Shown here one piece after another: positions 14,356-27,107 of a stretch of DNA of 64,000 nucleotides. This DNA comes from Eledone cirrhosa (Eukaryota). The notes under the pieces were generated by a model. The model had not been told where the DNA came from. It did no database searches and saw only the letters and a list, made by a program, of their open reading frames with translations. The stretch spans positions 27,900,001 to 27,964,000 of the forward strand of contig OZ024753.1 of assembly GCA_964016885.1 (NCBI GenBank). The letters run 5' to 3'. The stretch's first letter is position 1, and every line of letters begins with the position of its first letter. A program made the position numbers and the translations under genes.

Positions 14356-14519
14356 CTGGAGTAATAATGGTTTCTTTCATTTGCCACAAGGTTACTGAAT
14401 GAGGGGACATTATAAAAACAACTTACATAAAATGTGTGGGGTTTACTTAAAAATCAGTTGGGAAAAAAAAAAGAAATAGAAAATAGTGATAAATAGTCTT
14501 CCTGACACAAAAGTAAATA

Positions 14520-14960
14520 AGGACAATCTGGAACCCCACCACAAATCTATCACCCCCTGATCCTCACGGGCAAGTGGCCTCTTTCAATTTTTTTCTCCAA
14601 CTTACAAGCTTATGGTGAGAGTAGAAAATGATGAGGATAACGAATTTCCCTGATACGGACGAACCTCCAAATAAGGATGAGTGAGGAACTCCACAAATTG
14701 ATAGTCACCGTGGTATAGGAGAACCTCCAAATAAGGACGAGTAAGAAACTCCACAAATCTATGGTTTTCCTGATCATTACAACTAAGTACCCTCTTCTAA
14801 TTTTCTTTCTCCAACCTATAAACTCATGTTGAGAGTAGAACCATTCTCTCTTGTTATTTTCAACACAATCTCCCACCCTTTATAAAATTCACTAGAAGAG
14901 AGAACCTCCCTCTCTACCCCTGTTTTTCTTTTCAAGTCGAACATGAAAAGGAGGAAGCTA
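14520..14960 (-). pseudogene. Probable Tx1-like LINE 3' end with internal 66-bp duplication
   Basis: FMFDLKRKTGVEREVLSSSEFYKGW resembles Tx1 ORF2 C-termini. A duplicated gaacctccaaataagga block lies at 14661 and 14722. Confidence 0.4.
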
Positions 14961-17529
14961 TCAGTAGAAGTATTAAAATTTATTTCTACGACAGGTACAA
15001 ACCAGAAATCTGGGGGCATGGGAAAGTCAACCCAATAGTAATTCTTTCTAACATTAGCACAAGGCCAGTAATTTGGGTAAAGGGGAAAGTCGATTAAATC
15101 TACCTCATTACTTAACGAATACTTTATCTTATTGAACCCCAGTAGGATGTAAAGTGGAGGCACATGGCCTAGTGGTAAGGGCATTGGGCTTACAACCATA
15201 ATGTTGTGTATTATATTCTTGAGCAAAACACTTCATTTCATGTTGCTCCAATATACTCAGCTGAAAAGAATACCAGCAAGAACTTAAGTCCAGTCCAGAG
15301 GGAAGTGTTGTACTCTGTCACTTCATGGAAACTAGGATAAGCACTGGCTTGATGAGCCTCAGAGCTTCAGACAGACTATAGAAGGACATAAAGCAAAGTG
15401 GAATTTAAATGTAGAATGTAAAGAACCAAACAAATAATGCAATATCATTTTGTCTGATGCTCTACCAATTCTGCTAGCCACACCCTCAATAATAATATTA
15501 ATTTAATTTCTTATTTAGATGCAAGGCTAGCAAATTTTGGGTTGGGCAAAATTTATTAAGTCCACCCCAGTACTTGACAGGTACTTCATTTTAACAACCT
15601 CTGAAGGAGGAAAGATAGTTGACTTTGGCAGGATTTGAACACAGAATGTAAAGAGCCAGAACAAATACCACACTGGTATTTTATCCAACTTTCTACCAAT
15701 CCACCTCACGACTGTAAAAATATTAATAACAATAATAGATGGAATAAAAAGGAAACAAATGTTGTTTATTTTTAGCCCCGAGAAAAATGTTCTTGTAATG
15801 TGATGCCATATTTCTTCCTACTGATGCAACCGTAATTTCAAACTTAAATGACTGAGCAATGTCACGTATGTGGTGTAGTTTACCTGACTTAGGCATTCAC
15901 AACTGTTGCCTTATTGCAAGGGAGAGGGAAATAGTTGACTGTGTACTCATAACATGTACTAAACACAAGGGACATGTGTAGGGAATTTAGCATTGCTTAG
16001 GTCACATTGTCAATGTAAAATCTGAATAACCTCAAAAACTCTGAAGAGGATTTTCAGGGCTTGGTCCTTCTTTACCGCTACCTCTATAGCATGATGTCTG
16101 TGTGTATATCTGGCAGTGTGTATGAGTGTGTAGACAAATTCATATAACTGTACAAGTGTTGAAAATATTGAATAGCCTAAATGAAAGGAAGGACAAATCT
16201 TACCCTACTTACAACACCAGTCTACCACAGTTTCCTTTTCAAGAGGATCTGATATTGTATCGAGTCCAAATGCTGGCCAAATAAACTGAGATGATGAAAT
16301 AATTGCAGTAGATTTGAACTTATCACCAATGAACAGATAATCTTATCCACTTGCCCATCTGAGATCATTTATATTGATCAAAAGTAAATATAAACAGCTT
16401 GGGAAGAAATCTAACAAGCATATATTTCCTTTGTATTAGGATATGTATACCAAGGAGTCCAGTTTATCTTCGCTTTTGCTTTTAAAGTAAGTGCCCCTTT
16501 TGTTATGGTGCTTTGCTTTTATCTCTTTTTATCGATGCTGTGGTATATGTATGGCCACTGCCTACGGTTGTTTTTCTTGGTGTCACATTTTTTAACTGTT
16601 TTGTTTACTCTGGACGATAATGTATTAACTTCTTGCTCCATTGAGTGCTTTGTGATTGCCTCAAACAACTCATACCTACTATATGGCAGCTACAACTTCG
16701 ATTTATACCCAATATATATGTGTGCGTGTGTATATATATAGTTTTGCTTTCTACATCTTAGTCCCAGGAAATAGGACATTGCCGATGGCCTTTAATGTTC
16801 CCCCAATCTGTTGAGATTGATGCAGTTGATATTCAGGTTGAATTTCCACAAACTGACACCTGTGAGAGCAAAGGGAAAAGAAGGTGGGGTTATAGCAGGA
16901 TTAGGTGAAGTATTTAGTGTGAGATTCAGAGATATCTCTGTGTGTTGTCCAGTTTAGAATATGTACACAATATCCCTGCATGTCATAAGAGGTGACTAAA
17001 AGTATTGGTGGTGAGAAGGGCATCCAGCTGAAAAAAACATTGCCTTAAAAAGGATCCCATAATGAGCATAAAATTTGACCCCCATTTTAGATGGAAAATT
17101 ACTGTAAGATGATTGTAATTGTATTTGGGGTACAAACTAGAACAAGGATGAGAAATATCCGAATTAAGTTATGTGTGAGGATAGTAAACAATTTGATAAT
17201 TCAAAAATAGTTGTAATAGTGTAGTGGATAGAGCACTTCAATGGGCTAGCAACTGTAATGTGTAATGGCTGTAGTAGTATCTACTGCTTGTTGTGTAGGT
17301 TCTTTAGGAGAGGGGGGGGGGGGCTATGTAATATGCTAAAACAGAGAAAAAGAAATCATCATAGTTGCAGGGTGTCAGTGTGCACGATGGCTGGTTGTTA
17401 TAGCAACCAACATATTGCATCTCGTTGAGGAATGAAGTTGCTGTATCAGAAGTATCAGAAAGTTGGAACATTTTTTTCTGTTTTTTTGTTTTTTTATTGC
17501 TTTGCTGTCAGGGCGTATAGCAGCTACAC

Positions 17530-20500
17530 CATTCCAGATCTGTGTAGCAGTACTCTATGTGGTCCTATGTTGTCTGTTTATGTAGCAGCAGCTTGCATTA
17601 CCCCAGATATCTGAACAGTATTCTAATGTGGTCTAGAATGTTTACTGTGCATAGCAGAAGCAATGTCCCAAGTATGTGAGCAGCACTGTAGTGTTTGTGT
17701 CAGTAGTGTTTGTGTATGTAGCAGAAGCAATGTCTCAAATATGTGAACAGCTGAACAGATCTCTAATGTGATTTAAGATGTTTCTGTATGTAACAGCTCC
17801 ACTGTCCTAAGATGTTTGTGTTTAGCAGCAGCAACATACAAACATCTTATGTGGGCAGTGCTCTAATGTCTGCCTAGAATATTTGTATGGTTAACATCAG
17901 CAGTGTCCTGAATGTGTGAGTAGTACTGTAATGTGCTCTTAGATTTCTATGTATATGTAACAGCAGCACTGTTCTAGATGTGTGGATAGTACTGCAATGG
18001 GTCTAGAAGGTTTGTATGTGTAACAGCAGCACTATCCCAATACTGTGATGTTATCTAGGATGTTTGTATATATAATAGGGTCACTGTTCCAGTGCTGTAT
18101 TGGATCTAGGCTGTTTGTGTATGTAACAACATCTCTGTCCCAGTACTGTAATGGGTTTAGGATGTTTGTGAGTGTAACGGCAACACTGTCCCAGTACTGT
18201 AATGTATCTAGGGTGTTTGTGAGTGTAACGGCAACACTGTCCCAGTATTGTAATGTATCTAGGGTGTTTGTGAGTGTAACGGCAACACTGTCCCAGTACT
18301 GTAATGTATCTAGGATGTTTGTGAGTGTAACGGCAACACTGTCCCAGTACTGTAATGTATCTAGGGTGTTTGTGAGTGTAACGGCAACACTGTCCCAGTA
18401 CTGTAATGGGTCTAGGTTGTTTGTGAGTGTAACGGCAACACTGTCCCAGTACTGTAATGGGTCTAGGATGTTTGTGAGTGTAACGGCAACACTGTCCCAG
18501 TACTGTAATGTATCTAGGGTGTTTGTGAGTGTAACGGCAACACTGTCCCAGTACTGTAATGTATCTAGGATGTTTGTGAGTGTAACGGCAACACTGTCCC
18601 AGTACTGTAATGGGTCTAGGATGTTTGTGAGTGTAACGGCAACACTGTCCCAGTACTGTAATGGGTCTAGGATGTTTGTGAGTGTAACGGCAACACTGTC
18701 CCAGTACTGTAATGGGTTTAGGATGTTTGTGAGTGTAACGGCAACACTGTCCCAGTACTGTAATGGGTCTAGGATGTTTGTGAGTGTAACGGCAACACTG
18801 TCCCAGTACTGTAATGGGTCTAGGGTGTTTGTGAGTGTAACGGCAACACTGTCCCAGTACTGTAATGGGTCTAGGGTGTTTGTGAGTGTAACGGCAACAC
18901 TGTCCCAGTACTGTAATGGGTCTAGGATGTTTGTGAGTGTAACGGCAACACTGTCCCAGTACTGTAATGGGTCTAGGGTGTTTGTGAGTGTAACGGCAAC
19001 ACTGTCCCAGTACTGTAATGGGTCTAGGATGTTTGTGAGTGTAACGGCAACACTGTCCCAGTACTGTAATGGGTTTAGGATGTTTGTGAGTGTAACGGCA
19101 ACACTGTCCCAGTACTGTAATGTATCTAGGGTGTTTGTGAGTGTAACGGCAACACTGTCCCAGTACTGTAATGGGTCTAGGATGTTTGTGAGTGTAACGG
19201 CAACACTGTCCCAGTACTGTAATGGGTCTAGGATGTTTGTGAGTGTAACGACAACACTGTCCCAGTACTGTAATGGGTCTAGGATGTTTGTGAGTGTAAC
19301 GGCAACACTGTCCCAGTACTGTAATGGGTCTAGGATGTTTGTGAGTGTAACGGCAACACTGTCCCAGTACTGTAATGTATCTAGGATGTTTGTGAGTATA
19401 ACGGCAACACTGTCCCAGTACTGTAATGTATCTAGGATGTTTGTGAGTGTAACGGCAACACTGTCCCAGTACTGTAATGGGTCTAGGGTGTTTGTGAGTG
19501 TAACGGCAACACTGTCCCAGTACTGTAATGGGTCTAGGGTGTTTGTGAGTGTAACGGCAACACTGTCCCAGTACTGTAATGGGTCTAGGGTGTTTGTGAG
19601 TGTAACGGCAACACTGTCCCAGTACTGTAATGTATCTAGGGTGTTTGTGAGTGTAACGGCAACACTGTCCCAGTACTGTAATGTATCTAGGGTGTTTGTG
19701 AGTGTAACAGCAACACTGTCCCAGTACTGTAATGTATCTAGGGTGTTTGTGAGTGTAACGGCAACACTGTCCCAGTACTGTAATGGGTCTAGGGTGTTTG
19801 TGAGTGTAACGGCAACACTGTCCCAGTACTGTAATGGGTCTAGGGTGTTTGTGAGTGTAACGGCAACACTGTCCCAGTACTGTAATGGGTCTAGGGTGTT
19901 TGTGAGTGTAACGGCAACACTGTCCCAGTACTGTAATGTATCTAGGATGTTTGTGAGTGTAACGGCAACACTGTCCCAGTACTGTAATGTATCTAGGGTG
20001 TTTGTGAGTGTAACGGCAACACTGTCCCAGTACTGTAATGTATCTAGGGTGTTTGTGAGTGTAACGGCAACACTGTCCCAGTACTGTAATGTATCTAGGA
20101 TGTTTGTGAGTGTAACGGCAACACTGTCCCAGTACTGTAATGTATCTAGGGTGTTTGTGAGTGTAACGGCAACACTGTCCCAGTACTGTAATGGGTCTAG
20201 GGTGTTTGTGAGTGTAACGGCAACACTGTCCCAGTACTGTAATGTATCTAGGATGTTTGTGAGTGTAACGGCAACACTGTCCCAGTACTGTAATGTATCT
20301 AGGGTGTTTGTGAGTGTAACGGCAACACTGTCCCAGTACTGTAATGTATCTAGGGTGTTTGTGAGTGTAACGGCAACACTGTCCCAGTACTGTAATGTAT
20401 CTAGGATGTTTGTGAGTGTAACGGCAACACTGTCCCAGTACTGTAATGTATCTAGGGTGTTTGTGAGTGTAACGGCAACACTGTCCCAGTACTGTAATGG

Positions 20501-20680
20501 GTCTAGGATGTTTGTGAGTGTAACGGCAACACTGTCCCAGTACTGTAATGTATCTAGGGTGTTTGTGAGTGTAACGGCAACACTGTCCCAGTACTGTAAT
20601 GTATCTAGGATGTTTGTGTATGTATCAGTAGCACTGTTCTAGATAAGTAAACAATACTCAAATGTGGGTCTGGAATGTTT
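17530..20680. repeat. 51-bp satellite (~50 copies, core ~18150-20620) flanked by degenerate ~64-bp ancestral units
   Basis: Unit tctagg(a/g)tgtttgtgagtgtaacggcaacactgtcccagtactgtaatg(gg/ta). It gives the 17-aa periodicity of the 865-aa ORF. Confidence 0.97.
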
Positions 20681-20874
20681 GTGCACCTTGCTCAAGAAAC
20701 CATTATGCTGTCCTATCCAGGAATGTATCATTGTGTATATCATGCCAAATACACTATTCACTTTCCTGACATTTGTGCATTATTCTATATGCTATACATG
20801 CCCCTTTGATGAGTTGTAGTGCACCTGAGCACTGTACACAATCATTTTCAGCATCATTATCATTATTATTAAAT

Positions 20875-21228
20875 GGCGGAGGATTGGCAGAATTAGTAGA
20901 TTGTCGGAAACCATACTTAGTTCTAGTATTTGTATAAAATACTATCAGCACTCACAGTTTTTATTAAGGCAAGGCCACTAACTATAACCATCTATATCTT
21001 TAAATCCATTTTATCAATCATCATCAACAGAATCGGTAGAGCATCCGACAACATGCTTCGCAGTATAGTGTTATGGCCCTTTACAATCTGAGAATCCTGC
21101 CGAAGTTAACTTTGCCTTTCATCCTTACGGCGTCAATAAAATAAAACACCAGTAATGTACTGGGGGTCAATTTAATCAACTTTCCCACCCCCAAAATTGT
21201 AGGCCTTGTGCCTAAATCAGAAACCATA
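20875..21228 (+). mobile_element. Long composite form of SINE family A
   Basis: Head, then a ~130-bp extra block, then a repeated head and normal body. The same extra block occurs at ~13388-13500. Confidence 0.7.
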
Positions 21229-21699
21229 TTGTGATTATATCCCAATTCACCACGTGGAGATGACAAATGACTATTACAAATGATGAGGTGCTGTACTACA
21301 GAAAACCCATGCAAGCATGAACAAGCAAATATAAATCTTAATGATGATATAGATAATACACATATCTATATATATATGTACATACTATTTATATAGATAT
21401 AGATAAGAGAGAGAGGGGAGGAAGATAATTATCCCAAAATACTATAAACAAAATGGTTTAAGTTACTAATATAGTTATTGATTTTGAAATTTTGTTCCAA
21501 TAACATCTATTTCAAAGTGAAAGCTAATACAGATTAAGCAAGTTAAAGGTTTTAAATCAGCTTATAGTAGATTATGTTCATTGGAAGACGCCATTTCTGA
21601 AAGCATATTATCTATTTTCATCATCATTATATGTGTTGCTCTGTTGTTTTTTTTTTCTTTTTGGGAGGGGTGGAGTGATACTAAACACCCCCCCCCCCC

Positions 21700-22020
21700 T
21701 TCGGTCATGAATGACCATGGGATTTGCACCTAGAAAGTTCCCCTCCGAGGCACAAGTGTGGATAAGGTTGTTTGTGGCAGTTGCCCATGCACATCAGTCT
21801 CCCTTCTCCATGCACTGATGTTGTCCAAGGGTAAGGCAATGGCTGATACAGCTCGGCACCAGTCATGCTGCAACTCATTTCTACAACTGAGTGAACTGGA
21901 GCAACATGAAGTAAAGTGTCTTGCTCAAGAACACAACGCAAATCCCAGTCCAGTCCGTGAATCAAACTCACAGCCTCATGATTGTAAGCCTGACGCTCTA
22001 ACCACTAAGCCATGTGCCTT
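21700..22020 (-). mobile_element. tRNA-derived SINE family B
   Basis: Minus head GGCACATGGCTTAGTGGTTAGAGCGTCAGGCTTACAATCATGAGG and the shared ttcttgagcaagacact core. A related copy lies at 47530-47800. Confidence 0.8.
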
Positions 22021-22509
22021 CACTGGGGAGGGGGGGTGATGTGATAACCAAATAGTCATAAATTTAGATTTTGGAGTATTTCTTCAACAATATAACAGTT
22101 GGTTGACAAGACCTCAGACCTTATTCACTTAACAAATGGGGTGGAGCTCGTCAAATCGGATCGAAGAAAAAATGTTTCCACTGGTCTCTCCAATTGTTAA
22201 TAGTATCTACCAGTCACAAATCCAGGCAGAAGGGCAACAGGAAATAAAGTGTTTTGCTCAAGGACATAATGCTTCACCCGGTCTGGGAATCAAACTCACA
22301 ACATCAAGATTGCAAATTCAATTCTCTAACCACTGAACCACATGCCATAATTTAGTAAACATTCTAGGTCACATAAAAAAAGCACACATAGAAGGATTAT
22401 CTATATGGTTTTCAAAACTTCACTCACAAATATAGTAAACTCTCTCTGTATTGGTGTTCATGTCTGTGTTTATGTTGTTATTTTAAGTAATGTCTGTGTT
22501 GAACTTCAA

Positions 22510-22710
22510 GGTTCATCAGGCTTATACTAGTTTCATAGAGACACAAGTACATTACAGGAATCAGCACCCTCCTCCACTGCTAATTAAGTCACCTAGATAA
22601 CAGAAGCTATCAACTAATTTTATGGTCCCTTTCTGTAACTTGAAAAGGTTTATATCACAGACACTCTTCCCCTTGATTATTCCTGTGCATCTACATACAA
22701 AGTCTTCCTC
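22510..22710 (-). pseudogene. RTE-like LINE fragment
   Basis: FVCRCTG...LVDSFCYLGDLISSGGGC motif. Confidence 0.6.
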
Positions 22711-22730
22711 TCCATATATATATATATATG

Positions 22731-23048
22731 GGTGATGTGTTGTTTCCTTGAGCAAGACACTTTATTTCACATTGCTCCAGTTTACTCAGCTGTAGAAATG
22801 AGATGATAGGACTGGGGTCCCTATCATTCCACTGCAAAATGGTCGTGGAGGTGCCACGGCAAAAAAAGCACCCAGCCTACACTGTAGAGTGTACGTCTAG
22901 GCGCCACGGGAAAAAAGTACCCAGCACTTACTGTAAATGAGGTTGGTGTTAGGAAGGGCATCCAGCTGTAGAAATCAAGCCAGAATCAGTTCCCATCCCA
23001 CCCTTGCAAGCAGGGAAAAGCGGACATAAAATGATGATGTTGATGATA
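22731..23048 (+). mobile_element. SINE family B, 5'-truncated
   Basis: Inverted homologue of 11872-12140, ending in a (GAT)n tail. Confidence 0.8.
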
Positions 23049-23329
23049 ATATGAATGTGTGTGTGTATTTATGTTTACACTGTAAATGTGGTTGGTGTTA
23101 GGAAGGGCATCCAGCCATAAAAACCGCAGCCAAATTTACAGTCACATCAAATTTACAATTCTGGCCAAACTTGTCTGTCGATGCCAACGACTCATCTGAC
23201 CCATGCAAGTATGGAAAATGGACGTTAAATGGTGGTGATGATGATGATGATATATATATATATATTTACTAATTAACAAAATTGTATGCTCTCTGAATTA
23301 TAAGTTGATATTTCTAACATACAGTTCTT

Positions 23330-23548
23330 ATTTACCTTTAAAACCCTCATGCTTCCTGAAATTCGGCAAAACTACACCTGATACCCCCCTTCCATACACA
23401 TGCACACGTGTGTATATCATGACTCATGCACTGTTCATTTTCCTGACGTTTGTACATTACCCTATGTACTATACTTTTGATGAGTTGTAGTGCACCTGAG
23501 CTCTGTACACAATATTTTCATTATTATTATCATTATTATTATTATTAT
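23330..23548 (+). mobile_element. LINE-type 3' end with (TTA)n tail
   Basis: ttcctgacgtttgtacatt...gatgagttgtagtgcacctgagctctgtacacaat is shared with 20755-20870. Confidence 0.6.
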
Positions 23549-25989
23549 AAAATCATTGAGTCAGCAAATAGCAACCAGAGCTGTTAGGACTCGATCCAAA
23601 TTAGCTTTGTTATGAAAAATATTTATTTCTTCTCCCAGGTGATGTATTTGCTTTTAATCATAAGTTGAATGTTATTATTTATATCTTAGTTCGATTTCTA
23701 CATTTTTTGCAAATCTGTCTTCTATACGTAACTAAACTTGAGAGCTTAAGCTTACATTCAGTTCTTTGAATTTCCTGCCAATGTACTTTCCTGACAACTG
23801 GCAATTTTTAACCAACCTCCTCTTTGTAAGAACATGTGCTGCTGCTGCTGCTGTCAGAAACTGCTGTGTTTATGATGCCAGTTGAAGTGTAGCAGTCTTT
23901 CGAATAAACTTTCACATTGGAGATGGACTAACGCTCGCTGATGAACCACTACTAAGTGCTAGTTATGTTATATTTGACAATATTACAGGACTTCTGTGAA
24001 TAACACTTGCAGATGCAAATGTTATGTAGAGCATGCAGCACAGAAACTGCCAGCAGCCCAGGTTTATTTGTATGCAGATACCATTACCCACACATAGCTG
24101 TTTAATTACTAATTAACAAAATTGAGTGCACTCTGAATTACTGTATTTTTGACATACGGTTCCTATACAATCATTGAATCAGTGCAGCTGTAAGGATTCA
24201 ATCAATCCAATTAGCTTCGTTAACCAGTATATGTATATATATATATGTATATATATATATGTGTATATATATATGTATATATATATATGTATATATATAT
24301 CACATTAAAATGTTGAGTTAAAAACTCACAGTATTCCCTTATAATCAAATAAGTTCAAAGAGGAAATTCCAAGCTCTTTATAACACAGTAAAGAGAGAAA
24401 TACACACATATATATACATATGTGTTCAAATCATAAAGGATATAAAACCACCAGGGTGATGAATATATTGACTATGGATAGAACGGTTTATACAAATTAA
24501 TTAAAAGAATAAATCAACATATACAAACTGACAATGATAACTATTCACATCCAGACAAATTCAAAATAGAACTACGTTTCGCATTTAAGTGAAGAGATAT
24601 AGATCAGGTATTGCTCGTTGGTGGATGTCTCTGATAAATATGCTCATCACGACTAAATAATAATTAGAAGACTAGAAATCACACGTGAGTTAAAAGAGGA
24701 AAAGACACATGCATAGATCATCAAGATGGCGCGAATAGAACGTTTGACGACTAAAAATAGCAGCCCACAATGGGTATCACCAAATGATCTATGGAATGAT
24801 ATATGTTTATGATTGATGTCCTCTCCAAGAAGAGTTTTATCTCTCATCACAGCATCCATGAAGTAGCTCACTATAGTTCACATTAGTACATCAGTTTACT
24901 TAACAGTTAGTGTTAATAGTGTTAACTAGATTTATCACTCATTTTCTCCCCAAAGTTGCGACTGAAGAGGAGGAGTGTTGTGATGAAGGAAGAGTCTTAG
25001 ATTACAAGATGTCTTACATAATTACACTTGATGCTGTGATGTCTGTATTGACTGACAGAAATATTATATGGTCGACATAAAGAGAGAAAAAAATGTACTT
25101 TTCGACTCCTATATGACCTGACATATCAGACGCGTGCATGCACACAGACACATGCATGCACACACACATACACACTCACCACAGACACATGCTTACACTG
25201 ACACCCATGAATGCATATATATATATATATACACAGACACTCAGACCCATACAGAAATACACGCACACATGCATGCACACACCTATGCAGACAGACACAC
25301 AAATATCCCCCCTCACACACACTTACACCCTCACACAGACACATACATGCACACATGCTTACACTGACACCCACACATACCCATGAACACATATATACAG
25401 ACACTCACACCCATAAACAGATACACACACACATATGCATGCACACACCTATGTAGACAGACACACAGATATCACATCCCCCAACCCCACCCCACCCCAC
25501 ACACACAGAGTACAATTATGGGATATATGTGTGTGTGCACATGTGTATATATGTGAGTCTGTCTGTGTGTGAGTGTGTGTGTGTGTGTGAGTGTGCGTGT
25601 GCACATATAATAAAATGGTGCATCTTTACAGCAACATATTCCTTTATTGGAAACACTAAGTGTTTACATGGGAAGATGCCAGTAATCGATTCTTAATCTT
25701 TAGATCTATTTTATTTATTGATATTGATGATTCAAACTTGTTTTTGTTGTTGTCATTGTTGTTGCTGCTGCTTTTGAATGGGTTGGGGGGGGGACTTCTT
25801 TTTTTTTATCCAGTAAAAAAAAAATAGTACAACGCATAAATTAGATTCAGTCTTTACAACCCACCATATATTACATTTATGTTAATGGAGAAGATGACTG
25901 TGGCTATCATAGAACATTGTGTCATGAATGTCATGCCTGGAATGTTTAACTTCATGCAATGCATGTTTCTCAGGGATGGTGACCAGACA

Positions 25990-26327
25990 TATTGAATTGT
26001 GAAGGTCACTGCTAAAACCTTTGAGCCACATGCCAACATGCAAAGTATCTTTAAAAAAGTGTTCTAACATGTTGGGTCGTGAAGGTCATCACTGAGACCT
26101 TTGACCTCATGCAATGTATCTTAAGAAAAGTGTACTAACATGTTGGGTCGTGAAGGTCATCACTGAGACCTTTGACCTCAAGCAATGTATCTTAAGAAAA
26201 ATGTACTGACATGTTGGGTCGTGAAGGTCATCACTGAGACCTTTGACCTCAAGCAATGTATCTAAAGAAAAGTGTACTAACATGTTGGGTCGGGAAGGTC
26301 ATCACTGAGACCTTTGACCTCATGCAA
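25990..26327. repeat. 71-bp tandem repeat, ~4 conserved copies plus 1 degenerate copy
   Basis: catgttgggtcg recurs at 26068, 26139, 26210 and 26281. Confidence 0.95.
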
Positions 26328-26590
26328 TATCATGATCATTATCATCATTTTACATTCATTTAGATTGTGACCCCAGTAGATTTCTTTAATAAATCTGATA
26401 CTTATTTTATCAATCCTTTTATATCAAACAACTAAATTACATAATATAAAGACACACACTCACACACATGCATACACACATATATAACACATTTCTTATT
26501 TGTACAGTGGGTTTTCTTAAACGAGTATGTCTTGCTGATCAGGAATTTTATGGTAGTTCCTGGCGTTTCTACCATTTTAATCTCGTGTAG

Positions 26591-26621
<31 letters not shown>

Positions 26622-26716
26622 GTATATATATATAATATATATATAAATATATGAATATATATATAATTCAAAATTCAATAAGACCAAGGATTAGTATTAT
26701 TATTATTATTTATTTA

Positions 26717-26891
26717 GGGCGGTGGATTGGCAGTATCGGTAGAGGGTCGGACGCCATGCTTTGCAGCAAAGAGTTACAGCCCTTTATGGTCTGAGTTCAA
26801 ATCCCACTGAGGTTAACTTTGCCTTTCATCCTTACGGGGTCGATAAAATAAAGTACCAGTAATTGCTGGCCTTGTGCCAACAAGTAGAAAA
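26717..26891 (+). mobile_element. SINE family A inserted into a solo arm of the 37337-37836 element family
   Basis: Full head and core. TSD is approximately ATTATTTATTTA. Flanks 26662-26716 and 26892-26960 join to match 37337-37430. Confidence 0.85.
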
Positions 26892-27034
26892 ATTATTTAT
26901 TTATACATCTACAGTCGTTTCAATGCAGCTAGAATATTTCATCAATTGTGGAGAAAAAAAAACTATAACTCTATAACCTCATATATTACTCTTTCCCTCT
27001 CTCTCTCTCTATATATATATATAGATAGATAGAG

Positions 27035-27065
<31 letters not shown>

Positions 27066-27074
27066 CAGATAGAC

Positions 27075-27107
<33 letters not shown>

